DNA of 64,000 bases, taken from the NCBI GenBank assembly GCA_051599415.1, contig AP039695.1, positions 186,001-250,000 on the forward strand, read 5' to 3'. Shown here piece after piece: positions 1-12,172 of the stretch (positions within the stretch are counted from its first letter, which is position 1; each line of letters starts with the position of its first letter). A program made the position numbers and the translations under genes. Source of the stretch: Savitreella phatthalungensis. Taxonomy: Eukaryota. Below the pieces are notes generated by a model, which searched no databases, was not told the origin of the DNA, and worked only from the letters and a program-made list of their open reading frames with translations.

Positions 1-1268
1 TCGAGAACTTCGACTACCAGCGCGTCATGGGTGCATGCTGCGAGAACGTCATCGGGTATCTGCCGCTCCCCATCGGTGTCGCCGGCCCTCTCCTGATCGA
101 CGGCAAATCGGTCTTCCTGCCGATGGCCACAACGGAAGGTTGTTTGGTAGCATCTACTCAGCGCGGCTGCAAGGCTATGAACGCCGGCGGTGGCGTGTCG
201 ACCGTCTTGACTGGCGATGGCATGACGCGTGGGCCGTGCGTGGCATTTCCGGGCGTCAAACGCGCCGGTGCAGCCAAGATCTGGCTGGACTCTCCCGACG
301 GTCAAAAACGTATTAAGGCAGCGTTCGATTCGACTTCCCGCTTCGCCCGTCTCCAAAGCACAAAGACAGCGCTCGCTGGACCGAACCTCTTCATCCGCTT
401 CCGCACCACGACAGGCGACGCAATGGGCATGAACATGATTTCCAAGGGTGTCGAGCACGCACTCAAATACATGTCCGAGGAGGCAGGATTTGCCGACATG
501 CAGATCATCTCACTGTCAGGTAATTACTGCACAGACAAGAAACCTGCAGCGATCAACTGGATCGAAGGGCGTGGCAAGTCCGTTGTGGCAGAAGCCGTTG
601 TACCCGGAGACATCGTCAAATCTGTACTGAAATCATCGGTCGACGCAATGGTCGACCTCAACATCCGGAAAAACCTGATCGGATCTGCAATGGCTGGAAG
701 CATCGGTGGCTTCAACGCCCACGCAGCCAATATCCTGACTGCCGTCTTCCTCGCCACCGGCCAGGATCCAGCACAGAACGTGGAATCATCTCAGTGCATG
801 ACACTGATGTCGAATGTCGGCGGCGACCTCCATATCTCAGTCAGCATGCCCTGTATCGAGGTCGGGACGATCGGCGGCGGCACGATCCTCGGCCCACAAG
901 CAGCGATGCTAGACCTCCTGGGTGTCAAAGGTCCTCACCCGGATCGCCCCGGAGACAACGCGAAACAACTGGCCCGCATCATCGCCTCGGCCTGTCTCGC
1001 AGGCGAACTGTCCCTGTGCGCAGCCCTCGCTGCAGGACACCTTGTCAAGTCTCACATGATCCTGAACCGATCTCAGGCAAGCACGCCAGCAATCCCATCC
1101 ACCCCAGCACTCAACGGCCACTCCGCACCCACCTCGAAGGGCTCCATCCCGAACGGAAACGGTGCCATCGCACCAGACTTCCTCACCATGACAGCCAGGC
1201 CGACCGTCGACAAAACTGCCAAAACCGCACCGAGCTCACCGATCCTAGGATCCTGCATCAAGTCGTGA
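1..1268 (+). CDS. HMG1: HMG-CoA reductase, C-terminal catalytic domain (5' end lies outside the window)
   Basis: Frame is open from position 3 ([19 protein letters not shown]). Class I HMGR motifs [47 protein letters not shown] and GHLVKSHM. Confidence 0.97.
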   Translation, partial: ENFDYQRVMGACCENVIGYLPLPIGVAGPLLIDGKSVFLPMATTEGCLVASTQRGCKAMNAGGGVSTVLTGDGMTRGPCVAFPGVKRAGAAKIWLDSPDGQKRIKAAFDSTSRFARLQSTKTALAGPNLFIRFRTTTGDAMGMNMISKGVEHALKYMSEEAGFADMQIISLSGNYCTDKKPAAINWIEGRGKSVVAEAVVPGDIVKSVLKSSVDAMVDLNIRKNLIGSAMAGSIGGFNAHAANILTAVFLATGQDPAQNVESSQCMTLMSNVGGDLHISVSMPCIEVGTIGGGTILGPQAAMLDLLGVKGPHPDRPGDNAKQLARIIASACLAGELSLCAALAAGHLVKSHMILNRSQASTPAIPSTPALNGHSAPTSKGSIPNGNGAIAPDFLTMTARPTVDKTAKTAPSSPILGSCIKS

Positions 1269-1479
1269 CCCACAATCCTAATCTCCCGCATCACAACACC
1301 TAATCGCATATAACCCTTTTTTTAACCTTACTTATTCATATCTAATCCTCTTATCGAGCACGCGCGTCTCGTCAAGGTGAGCCCAGGTATGCATCACATG
1401 CGAGTTTTTGATCATTAAAAAAAGAGGGTGTACGTGCGTACGTATACGTGAATTGGCGTGTGCGTGTGTAGTTGTTGGG

Positions 1480-4272
1480 CTAGCGCCAGACGGAAGACGT
1501 CCTGCCTACCGCTGTTGGTTGCGGTGGTGGTGGTGGTGCTGTGGTGACGACCCCTGACGTACTCGCTGACCTAGTATGGGCACCGCCGCCGAGCGACTGT
1601 CTCACAGCTGCTCCCAACCCACCACCCAGGCTAGAGGCCCTCACGCCGTCCTCACCACCTCGCGACCGCGGTCGCTCCAAACCCCCACCATTCTCCTTAC
1701 CGTGCGTAGACCGCTTCACGTCGTAGGGCGAGTGATCGACAGAGGCGATATTCGCGAGCGCCAGTGCAGACAGCCCGCCTCTAGACGCCGCCGTGTCCCG
1801 CATGAAGCTAGAGTTTGACCGAACCAAGCTCCCATCGACAGCCACAGCGCCGCTAGAAGACGGTCGGCGCAACGGCAGGTCTTTAAGAGGTCGGCCTGCC
1901 AACCCACCGCCGCCGCCGGACGCGCTGGTGTCTGGAGATACGGCACCCACAGCTACGCGAGACCGCTTGTACTGGGCAGGTGGCGAGTTCGGGGTCGAGT
2001 TGGTCGTGGGCTGGACACGCTTGCGGGAGGGTGGTGCGGCTGCTGATGTTAGGCGCGTCCGTGGCGGGGACGCTGTGATGGAGTCGTCGGTGGTCGGAAT
2101 CGGGACGTCATCGATCGTGTCGATTCCCCACCGGACGCTCTTCTTCGTCGCCGTCGTACCGGTGCCGACGCTGACCCGCCGCTTGGGGAACACGGTGCTC
2201 GGCCGGTGTGTGGAAGCCTTGACACGCCGTGGGGACGATCGCGCTGGCGATGCGACGGCGATTCGCGACATTAGGTGTGCGAGTGGTTTGACGGGCGAAG
2301 GGTGAGGGATTTCGTGAGTTGAGGCATCGAACGGAAGTGATTGGAGTGCAGCAACGCCAGACTCGAACGTCGCGCCGTACAGTGCATCAAAGTGGGCGAC
2401 TTCTTCCTCTGTCGTGCCGCCATCCGTGTCGAGGACGACGGTGGCCTGGATGGCTGCGACTAGGATCTCGCGCGTATGACGCTCGAGCTCGAGGTCACAT
2501 GATCGCCTAGCACACATCTCGCTTTCGTAGTGGTCGTTCACAATCTTGTTCTTCAACCGGTCGGCCTCGAGCTCGAGCGCGCGGCAGAGCAGGCGAGTAC
2601 CGCTCGACGCAGATTGTCCGTGCGAGCCGACGTTGCCGGTTGCGTGGTTGCGTTGTAGGGTGGCAACGACTGTGTCAATCGCTCCAATAGCAGGACAGCT
2701 ACCAAGCAAGTGCTGGAGGTGGTCGTGCTTTGCCTGGAGCTCGCGAAGTTTGTGCGAGTTTTCATCCGCGACTGAAGAAAGAGAAGCGCTTGCCTCGCGA
2801 TAGTCTTCTTGCGCGCTCACTTGTGCGAACGCAGCAAGCCATGCACGCAGATACGCCATCTGGCTGCTGACCTGCCGGAGTTCTGTGACCTGGGCAGCAC
2901 GCAGCTCTTTTGCAGCACGAGAGTCGGTTTCGTAAGCGGCTTTGAGCTGCTGGTATCCTTCCTCGTGCTTCAAGTTCTGTAGACGTAACTCCTTCTCCAC
3001 TTTACCCTCATCTCCCTCGCTTCGCTCGCTTAGCCGTTTCTTTAGCTCCTCTACCTCTTGGCGCAGGTCGTAGATGATTTTGACGTACTGGCCCACATGC
3101 CTGTCGACGGAGACGATGTTGCGCGTCACCTTGGTCTTGATGTTCTTCGCACGATTGCCGTACTTGAGCGTGTTGTGCGTTTCATCGTAGTGAGCTGATG
3201 ACGGACTAACACAGACAACCATGACCGTGCGACAGTTGCCGCCAAGGGAGAATTTCAGCAAGCGCGTTAATTTCGAATCGCGGTATGGAACGTGGTTGCG
3301 CCTGTGCGGGTCGCAGAGCGCGTTGATGCAGTTTCCGAGTGCAAGTAGGGATCTGTTGATGTTAGCGCCTTCAAGAAGGCGTTCTCCCCGATTCTTCGTC
3401 ACCGAAGCACGCTCTGATCCAGCTAGGTCGATGATACTGAGTGTAGCCATCGTGTGGTCCTCCTGAATGTTTGCCGTCCTCGCCTTTTGTGCCACATTGA
3501 CCTGTAGGACTGCGTGAGAGCGAGATGAGACTGCATTGGCCTCTGTTGGAGAGATTGTTCGGTTCGCGTTGCCCTGAAGGATGAGTTCGATGACTTCCTC
3601 CACACTCTGTGGGCAGTGCGTGCTCAGACCAGGCACGCTGATCTGCTTGTTTGCATCTTCACGAAGGTTGAGAGCCTTGGACGTGCCGGGCGGGATGAGG
3701 AGATCTCGAATGGTCTCATTGTAGATCTCGAGGTACGTGACTGAGAGCTCGACGGTTTTGTCTTGCTCGATAGCCTTGATGCGCTGGAAGAGGTCCTCAA
3801 ATGTCTGAGAGATGATGCCGGGGTCTTCGCGAGTGCCGCTGATGGTGTGTGTCTTGCCGCAACCGGTAGCGCCATAGGCAAAGCAGGTAGCATTGTAGCC
3901 GTCAAACAGTCCATCGAGCAAGGGTCGGCATGTGTGGGCATAGACTTCCCGCTGAGAAGCGTTCTCGTCGAAGATGTGGTCAAATGCGTACCGCATGTCC
4001 TTGACCTTTTTGCCCGGCAGCAGTGACTTCTGAAACTTGACCATCGGATTTGTGTCTGCTGGATCGAAGACGAGGACTCGTTCGTCTAGGACCTGGATCA
4101 CTTTGCGAATGCCTCTCTGTGCAGCGGTCATTGTAGTGGTTGGGTTAGAGGCGAGGGCGCCATCCCCGAGAAACAGTCTCTCTTCCTGCTGTGGAGCAAT
4201 CTGAGAAGACTCTTTAACTGTGAATGGTCTGACACGGACATTGACGCTGATACTGGAGCCTGCAGCGTCCAT
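1480..4272 (-). CDS. KIP3: Kinesin-8 family motor (Kip3/Klp5/Klp6-like)
   Basis: N-terminal motor domain with P-loop GATGCGKTHT, NAVSSRSHAV, DLAGSERAS and HVPYRDSKLTRLL. Kinesin-8-like segments RVLVFDP and ERLLEGANINRSLL; coiled coil and disordered tail follow. Confidence 0.93.
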   Translation of the reverse strand: MDAAGSSISVNVRVRPFTVKESSQIAPQQEERLFLGDGALASNPTTTMTAAQRGIRKVIQVLDERVLVFDPADTNPMVKFQKSLLPGKKVKDMRYAFDHIFDENASQREVYAHTCRPLLDGLFDGYNATCFAYGATGCGKTHTISGTREDPGIISQTFEDLFQRIKAIEQDKTVELSVTYLEIYNETIRDLLIPPGTSKALNLREDANKQISVPGLSTHCPQSVEEVIELILQGNANRTISPTEANAVSSRSHAVLQVNVAQKARTANIQEDHTMATLSIIDLAGSERASVTKNRGERLLEGANINRSLLALGNCINALCDPHRRNHVPYRDSKLTRLLKFSLGGNCRTVMVVCVSPSSAHYDETHNTLKYGNRAKNIKTKVTRNIVSVDRHVGQYVKIIYDLRQEVEELKKRLSERSEGDEGKVEKELRLQNLKHEEGYQQLKAAYETDSRAAKELRAAQVTELRQVSSQMAYLRAWLAAFAQVSAQEDYREASASLSSVADENSHKLRELQAKHDHLQHLLGSCPAIGAIDTVVATLQRNHATGNVGSHGQSASSGTRLLCRALELEADRLKNKIVNDHYESEMCARRSCDLELERHTREILVAAIQATVVLDTDGGTTEEEVAHFDALYGATFESGVAALQSLPFDASTHEIPHPSPVKPLAHLMSRIAVASPARSSPRRVKASTHRPSTVFPKRRVSVGTGTTATKKSVRWGIDTIDDVPIPTTDDSITASPPRTRLTSAAAPPSRKRVQPTTNSTPNSPPAQYKRSRVAVGAVSPDTSASGGGGGLAGRPLKDLPLRRPSSSGAVAVDGSLVRSNSSFMRDTAASRGGLSALALANIASVDHSPYDVKRSTHGKENGGGLERPRSRGGEDGVRASSLGGGLGAAVRQSLGGGAHTRSASTSGVVTTAPPPPPQPTAVGRTSSVWR

Positions 4273-6104
4273 GCTGAGGTCTTACGGGGAGAAAGAATCA
4301 GCAGGCAGTGACGATCTGTGGGTAGTGTGCGATGCAGGAAACAGGAGTTCTGGAGAGGAACTTTTCTCCGGCAATCGTGACGGACCAGGTCGATAGTGCG
4401 GTCGACAGTGACGGCTGAGCTGCCGAATGTCAGCACGATATGTTGTCGATGATTATAGACTTGAGCTTGTCTACGACTTGTATACTTTGTCTGTGTAGAC
4501 TCAGACTCGTCTGGGTAACTTTGTTTACAGTCGTCACAACAGCAACTGTAACTGTGCACAGCCCCACTGTGGCGTATCTTTGGATATTGACCCGTGTCGA
4601 TATCTACAGACTACATTCATTCACGTGCATGAGTTCTGAAATAGTTCTCTCAACATGATGCACGCAGAATTCCAAGTTGTCTGGGAGATGAAGAACATGC
4701 ACAGCGATCAATGGGATATACACGGACAACAGCTAGAGTGATATAGCTGGTACTTTCGATCTTCGATGCACGCACCATGAGACTTGACTAGAGCTCCTGC
4801 AATATGCAGACCATCCATCTGGGTAAACTCCAAAGTCACAGGTGATCGTGCGATGAGTTATCTGTTGAGGAATGACTTGACTTTACACTTCCATGAAATG
4901 GATCTACAACTTGGTCGACATATTGCATCGATCCCGCGGATAGTGACATGCAAAAGGGTACTTTGGTAAGCTCTGACTGATGCCTCGCCTTTCACATTTC
5001 AAGAATTCGACGGCTCTTTGAGAACCAGCGAGGAAAGGTCGAGCGAGTAGTGTCGATCGAGGTTACAAACGGGTGGGGCAAGTGGATGATGACATGTCTG
5101 TGATCTGATTAGTGAAGCGGCGTCTCTTCTTCGCAAGGACTCGCGTTTAATTTCCGAAGCGAATCCACGATGGACAATGATCAAGGGAGTATGATGAGAA
5201 GAGTATGATGATCAAGGTGTTGGCATCACCTGACTGCATGCCATTGATTCAATCTCATGGTTGGACTCTTGGCTGTGTGAGGTTGAGTAAGTGGATGTAT
5301 GTGTATGTATGTTCACGTGTGGGTGTGCATGGGAACCATTATGAAAATGGAACAGATGTAAGCCTAATTCGGTCTTCTGCGGAGAATTTCGATCTGGGTA
5401 GAGTCAATCGATCGAAGCGAGCGAAAGGCCAATTCATTCCCATTCTTCGATCGACATTCACACCGGCAAGAATCTTTCAATCTCATCAACCTTACAAACT
5501 AAAATCCAGTTACATTTGTTAGAACTCAAATCTACACCCATTCCACAGCCACTTATCCATGCCTAACTAAAGCTATCCACAGCTACGGTAATCAAGAATC
5601 TTACACTCCACCGAAGCCGCCCCGAGCACTGGAGTTGACTTGATCTTTCTGCCACAAGGATTATATTGTTCTAGTCGATAGGAGGAGCAGATCTCTGCAG
5701 ATGATTGATTCATTCCAAATGTATAGCTAGCTGGAGACAATCACTTTTCCCAGGCCAGCCATCTAACATAACCCCACACTCAACCTTTGACATCTTTCCC
5801 GCAGCCCACTTCACTTCAATTCCAGTCAGTCACTCAATCAATCAACCGATCGTATTCTGGCCCTCATTCATCCATTCATCGGGACGACATGCCGCTTCCA
5901 AGGCAGGCACACGATTTGACGATCATACCTCAATCTTCATACGATCCTCCAGATCAAGAATCTAAAGATTCGCGTGCCACATATCAGAGAAGGGAAAAGC
6001 CGAGGGCGTCAAAAGCCGAGCGGCGTGACCAAAGCAAGCGAGAGACGCCCGTCCCGTCCTCTACTGCTGCCGTGACCCTCGCTGCAGGGCGCACGGCGTA
6101 GCGC

Positions 6105-7841
6105 ATGTCACGCTCTCGCCGTACTGCCTCCATCCAGGGCACAGGTGGCATCAGACCACTCCTCCTCTCCCCAGACAACCCCAACCGCATCTCACGATCA
6201 CCTCCAGGCTCCTCTCACTCACGCTCCCCACCTCCGAAGATCTCGCCCTGGCATACATCCTGGGACAATGACGACGAAGCAGCACTACTCTCCGACAGCT
6301 ATAAAGCACGGCGTTCTTCCCGACATTCTCTCGCCAGGATTCTAGCAAGTCCTCTAGCCTTTTCTCCAAAACTTGTCACCTTGCTCATCGTCTCTTTTCT
6401 TGCCGTCATCATGTACATCAGGCAATCCTCATTCACGATGGCTGCCGTCGCTGCGCTCTGGGCAACATCTGCTGCAGCTGCAGGCACAACCTTGGACGGC
6501 TGGCTCAACAACGAGTACCCGCTTGCGCAGACTGAGATTCTCCGCAACATTGCGCCAGGAGACCACGCATCTGATGGCGCAACTGGCGTCGTTGTCGCGT
6601 CTCCATCTACCAATCACCCAAATTACTACTACCAGTGGGTCCGTGACGCAGCCCTGACTTATCAGACGGTCATCGACGACTATATCGCTGGAAAGACATC
6701 AAATGATCAGCAGATTCGGGGATACATCGATTCGTCTCAGACAGTCCAGCACGTGTCAAATCCGTCCGGTGACTACTACTCTGGAGGACTCGGAGAGCCA
6801 AAGTTTTACCTCAACAACACCGCTTTCCAAGGCTCATGGGGAAGACCACAGAATGATGGTCCAGGACTGCGTGCGACAGCGCTTGGCAAGTATCTGACAA
6901 ACTACCTGGCCGGCAGCGGGTCCAAGGACCAGAACTTTATCAACAAACTCTACCAGGGCGACCTGTCGAAGCAGTCGATCATCAAATCTGACCTGGAGTA
7001 CGTGGCACACCACTGGCAAGACCAGTCATTCGACCTCTGGGAGGAAGTTAAGGGTACACACTTCTTCACGTTGATGGTGCAACTGCGGTCGATGGTGGAG
7101 GGCGCTACGTTGGCTGACAAATTCAACGACGGCGGTGCATCGAGCTACTACCGGCAACAGGCGTCGTCGATCACGTCGCAGCTGCAGCAGTTCTGGAATG
7201 CGCAGCAGAATCATCTGATCGAGACGCTCAACACTCAACGCTCCGGTCTCGACTGCGCTCTGCTACTGGGAGCTATCCACGGACCGACATCGGGATCACC
7301 GTTCTCGCCAGGAAGTGACAAGATCCTGGCCTCCCACTACGCCATTCAAGAGTCCTTCAGATCTTTATACAAGATCAATTCCGGATCGTCAGCACCATCC
7401 GGCTATGTCGGCATCGGCCGCTACCCGGAGGACATCTACGATGGCTATGACACGTCGCGCGGCAACCCTTGGTACTTGTGCAATGCAGCAGCTGCTGAAG
7501 TCTTGTACTCTGCAGTGACGGAGCTGGATGGTGCTGGCAGCGTGAAGGTGACGAACGTGACTTCTGCATTCTGGTCGCAATTCGGCAGTTACAAGACGGG
7601 CGCACAAGTATCAAAGTCGTCGAACAAGCAAGCCTTCACCACACTCCTGCAGTCGGTCAGGCAGCACGCAGACCAGCTGATGCAAGTCGTCCAGGATCAC
7701 GCAGCCAACAACGGATCCCTCGCAGAGGAATTCAACAGAGATAATGGATACGCTCAAGGTGCAAGAGACCTCACCTGGTCTTACGCCTCCATCCGCACAG
7801 CCACACAGGCACGCAACGCTGCCAAAGCTCTAGGCTACTGA
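6105..7841 (+). CDS. Glucoamylase, glycoside hydrolase family 15, no CBM20; alternative start at 6438
   Basis: GH15 motifs VVASPSTNHPNYYYQWVRDAAL, GLGEPKF, WGRPQNDGPGLRA, FDLWEEV, GRYPEDIY and ARDLTWSYAS. Confidence 0.95.
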   Translation: MSRSRRTASIQGTGGIRPLLLSPDNPNRISRSPPGSSHSRSPPPKISPWHTSWDNDDEAALLSDSYKARRSSRHSLARILASPLAFSPKLVTLLIVSFLAVIMYIRQSSFTMAAVAALWATSAAAAGTTLDGWLNNEYPLAQTEILRNIAPGDHASDGATGVVVASPSTNHPNYYYQWVRDAALTYQTVIDDYIAGKTSNDQQIRGYIDSSQTVQHVSNPSGDYYSGGLGEPKFYLNNTAFQGSWGRPQNDGPGLRATALGKYLTNYLAGSGSKDQNFINKLYQGDLSKQSIIKSDLEYVAHHWQDQSFDLWEEVKGTHFFTLMVQLRSMVEGATLADKFNDGGASSYYRQQASSITSQLQQFWNAQQNHLIETLNTQRSGLDCALLLGAIHGPTSGSPFSPGSDKILASHYAIQESFRSLYKINSGSSAPSGYVGIGRYPEDIYDGYDTSRGNPWYLCNAAAAEVLYSAVTELDGAGSVKVTNVTSAFWSQFGSYKTGAQVSKSSNKQAFTTLLQSVRQHADQLMQVVQDHAANNGSLAEEFNRDNGYAQGARDLTWSYASIRTATQARNAAKALGY

Positions 7842-9365
7842 GCGAGAAAGCTGTTCTCATCACGTGTCGTCCCTCGCCTACAGCACGACCATGATGACCC
7901 ACTGTTATTAATGTAGCTTTTAATCACAACATTCCTAAGGGGTATTCGGTGACATCATCTCGAGATGCCACGATACAAATCTTATTCCTGACCCTAGGCT
8001 GTGCTGACTGGGACAGACTAATTCTTGTTTACAAATTGACGTTCCCTTTTTTGTTCCTCCTTTTCCGTATGCACGCGCATGCATCCAGCTTGTTCATTCC
8101 TTTGTCATGCGCTCGCGTGTGCTGCGCGTCTCCTGCCTGCCATCCCTTGATCCCCAAGTCGAGCGTGCAAACAAATGTCTCGGAGAGCGGCTCGAGTGAG
8201 TGTCCCGTTTACATACTCGTCCACTTCCATTCATCATCATAACAAGACCAATAAGCTGGATGGCAGCAATGTGGGGGTTCATCTCAATTCCCCCACGTAG
8301 TCAAGCAAATGAACGAGATCGATCGACTATAGCGAGGATCCTCCCTCATCCTTGATGTCTCCTTCAAGCTGTGATTTCAATATCGTCTGCATATGTCCGT
8401 CTCTTCATCTATCGATCTGGCAATTTAAATGCTCCACATGACCTGCTGACCAGCCCATACCCACCCACATGCATACGCGTGATGGCGATGCAAAAATAAT
8501 TTATGCGAGGGAGAGATCTGAGTCCGCTTGTTGTTCTGTTATGATTCATCCGTGGATTGAATGGGATTGAATGAAATTAGATTATTCCATCCCCTATGCA
8601 TACTCATACGCAAGTTTCACCTCGATCTGCTATCTCACATGCTCGTATTCGTTCCACAAAACGCACAAACACATGCACCTGCACCTGGTCCTGCACCAAC
8701 AACAAGCACATGGGAAATCCTCCAAGGGTTCAGTCGTTTCAAGTTGAATGAAATTGCAGATCGGAGCCGCTTTGAGTCAATCACTTCCAGCTCAACCACA
8801 ACACCCACTGGTATTCACTCATTCATTCATTCATTCATTCATCCATTCAATCACTCCAGTCAGTCAATCCATCGATCGATCTACCATCAAAAGTTAACCA
8901 TCTCACTCTTCCAGACTACAGCCCGTCCATGTGCATACATACACACACGAAAGTGAACAATCATCATCCCATCCACCTCGATCGACCATCGGTTTTAATC
9001 TCTTCCATCAACCTAATCTATCTTTCTCTCTCTTCTTCCCCTTATACGCAACAACATCTGCAAACCACATCCAGAGTCACGCTCAACACAAGTCTACATC
9101 CACATTTACACCTACTTACCACTCACGCTCATCCACCCAGATCCTCATCGTGCATCAACAGCTTCTGAAGTGTACACACAAGAGACGCCAAATCCACGCG
9201 CCTACGTTTTGCAAATCATCCTCACAGACGCACGCCCAGTAATCATGATCGCACCTCCAACGACGTAGTCCCACCGTCTCTCGCGACAAGCAGCGCTTTC
9301 CCATCTCGTGCTCAACAGATGACTATCTCCTAGTCACGCCGCCACCTTCTGCTGAGCTTCTGACC

Positions 9366-11054
9366 ATGACGACAGAGCAACCCATCACAACAGCTGCTCA
9401 ACACAGTCCATCGTCAACGCGATCGATCGGTGTCATGGCTACACCTGAAGTCAGATCTGCCAAGGCAAGGCGCAGGCATGACTTGGCAGCACACCGTGCG
9501 CGTCACGCGACGATGGGCAGTACCTCCTCTATCAGCGAGTATCAGTCTGACGATGAGCATCTTCACTCCTCCAGCAGTAAGAGACACTCCATTGCGTCCC
9601 TCGCATCTGCAGGCCTCTCTGCTGATGATCCAGCACCCCACGCCATGGAGCGCACCTTGTCTGAACCCGTTGTCTACAGCCACCACTCCCGCAGGAGATC
9701 AACTTCGCGGACACCTCGGACGCACTTGCTCGGTCACGAGAGTCAATCTCAAAACATCTCACCGGAGAGTGTCTCCTCGCACGCCTCAATCGACTCACCT
9801 GTCAGACTTCGTGCCGCTAGGAGCCAGCAGCGTGACGACGAGCGCTGGATCAACCTGCTCGAGCGGCAGAATCAGTGCTTGCTCGAACAGCTGTCGACCA
9901 TGTCACGCGATGTGACGACTGCAGACGTGGAGACGACCCGGATTGTGAACAACTCGCACGCACAATTACGCAGTCTGCATGACGAAGTCGACAGTCTGCG
10001 TCAGGCGCTTGACGAGCAGACTCGCAGACACGCGTCTGAGCTCGCGAATTTCCGCGCAGGTGCGATCAAGCAGAAGATTGCAATGACTCAAGCCGTTGAA
10101 GAAGCACAGTCACTCATCGCTCAGCAAGAGTCCTCCCTGGCAGCTATCCGCACAGAGCGTCAAGAGCTCGCAGACATGGTCCGTCAGCAGGACACGGAGC
10201 TTCTCCGACTCCGTCGTCGCGTCGGCGCTCTTGCAGAAGAGATGTTGCAAAAGCGATGGCTAGAGAGCACGATGGAAGAGTCTTCCCGCTCCGTCGACGA
10301 CATGACCTCGATGCTACGTTCCCAGCAACAGCAACAGCACCACCACCAGCACCACCATGGACTCCACACTCCGAGACCATCACTCTCAATTCTTGCCAGA
10401 CGCGGCAGCACATCTCATCCGCAAATCGAGGGCAGTCCGATCTTTAGCGACTTCCTGCCACCTCGGAGCAAGTCCTCACAGGCCTGTATTCCGGGCCCAA
10501 ATCGATCGTCCACCCTCTACTCTAGCCCTGCCACAGCGCTAGAACGTCACTCACCGCCTCCGCCTTCGGCAGGATTACGCAGTCCTCGTGGGACGCCGCT
10601 ACACCAGCAAGTGATGAATCACTCTCCCTCGATCACGCGGACCGGTGTCGGCAGTGATTTGACTGATGACGAGTGCAGCGAAGCTAGTGTTTTGGCAATC
10701 CGCGCTACGTTGCTTGCATTGTGGCATGAGATGCGGCGTCGCGGATGGCAAACCTCCTCTCGTCTCTTGATGCTCCAAGGTCTGCATGGCCGCAGCGCGC
10801 GTGATCCGAGTAACGACGACAGACGTCCGCGTACACGTGCACGCTCCATCACCCAGACCCTCGTCAACAGATCAGCCAACACAGCTCACCACATCACAAC
10901 AGCAGTCTCACATTGGGCACATTTCATACTACTCGTCCTCATCGCAGGATCAATCCTTCTGACGGAAGGACCATCGAGAATGCCGTCCTCATCCATACCG
11001 ACAGGACGAGCCCGTGGTAGATCCAGATCGCCTTCCACGCAAGTCATCCAGTGA
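9366..11054 (+). CDS. Hypothetical coiled-coil protein with a C-terminal transmembrane segment
   Basis: 562-aa ORF. Ser-rich N-terminus, central heptad-rich region, hydrophobic segment HWAHFILLVLIAGSILLTEGP near the C-terminus. Confidence 0.75.
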   Translation: MTTEQPITTAAQHSPSSTRSIGVMATPEVRSAKARRRHDLAAHRARHATMGSTSSISEYQSDDEHLHSSSSKRHSIASLASAGLSADDPAPHAMERTLSEPVVYSHHSRRRSTSRTPRTHLLGHESQSQNISPESVSSHASIDSPVRLRAARSQQRDDERWINLLERQNQCLLEQLSTMSRDVTTADVETTRIVNNSHAQLRSLHDEVDSLRQALDEQTRRHASELANFRAGAIKQKIAMTQAVEEAQSLIAQQESSLAAIRTERQELADMVRQQDTELLRLRRRVGALAEEMLQKRWLESTMEESSRSVDDMTSMLRSQQQQQHHHQHHHGLHTPRPSLSILARRGSTSHPQIEGSPIFSDFLPPRSKSSQACIPGPNRSSTLYSSPATALERHSPPPPSAGLRSPRGTPLHQQVMNHSPSITRTGVGSDLTDDECSEASVLAIRATLLALWHEMRRRGWQTSSRLLMLQGLHGRSARDPSNDDRRPRTRARSITQTLVNRSANTAHHITTAVSHWAHFILLVLIAGSILLTEGPSRMPSSSIPTGRARGRSRSPSTQVIQ

Positions 11055-11931
11055 CGATTTGATCTTCGAACAGCATCATTTAGATAGGCTTTTCACGACA
11101 ATCGATCAGTCACTCTTGTCAGTCTGACTTTCTAGAATCCGATGACAATTCACATGTGTAGATAATTAAGGAGGATCGACCTGTCAAGAATTCATACTCA
11201 CGCATTTGGTTGGTGTAGCACCTGCGAGAGCTTCTTTCCTCGGAAGACAGACATCGTTGAACAGAGCTTCCGAATGACTCGATGGAGATGATCAACCGTT
11301 CGTTCTGATTCCCCAAGTGATCAGGTATCAGAAGTAGGCATGCGTCTGATTTCCCTTTCACTTCAACCCTCACAACACATACTCACATACGTACACTCTG
11401 ACGAGAGTATAGAGCAGAGAGAACAGATGCGAGATGGCAATACAGTTCAGGGAAATTTGAGGCTGCAGACTGTTGAAGGAGTGATTCGGCAAATGACGTC
11501 GACCTCCTAAACCTCGTGGTCCTCTCGTGCTTGACCCAGAATAACTCACCTGGATCAGCTGCCGGACTTTGACTGTGAATTCTATTTTCTACACAAATCT
11601 CCAAGCTCGCTCGAATTAGATTGAGTCAGGGTTGCATCGCCACTTTCATCCATCTGACCTCTCTCTGCACATTCTTCCTATTCTGACAATTCAGCCGAGA
11701 TGGAAGGTTGGAAAAACAATCTTGACAGGTCTCAGATACAATGTTAGTCAGATTCTAAAAATATAATTCACCATCACTTTCACCCGAATACATACCCAGC
11801 CAAGCTTCTGCCTTTTCTTCCTTCATTTGCTACGGCTGTCAAGCTGGGATTGGCATTCTGGAAATGACCGATCCAAGCCATCCATGAGGATCAGCAACTT
11901 CACTCTCTCATTCACACACTCTCACCCAGAG

Positions 11932-11958
11932 ACACACACACACACACACACACACACA
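11932..11958. repeat. (CA)n microsatellite
   Basis: Uninterrupted CA run upstream of the GPI protein gene. Confidence 0.9.
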
Positions 11959-12172
11959 TACTCAGACACCCACACTCAATCACACACCCACGAACGTAGA
12001 CTTTGATCCACCGCGCACGTACCTTCTCCGTACCTTCCATCAACATCCACGCACGTCCCCTGACTCAATCGGATATAAGAACTCATCATCGTCACCATAT
12101 CAAGCGCAACAACTTCAACTCTCGCTAACTCAGACACTCACTCACCTACATCCTTCCAACCAATCACACAAG

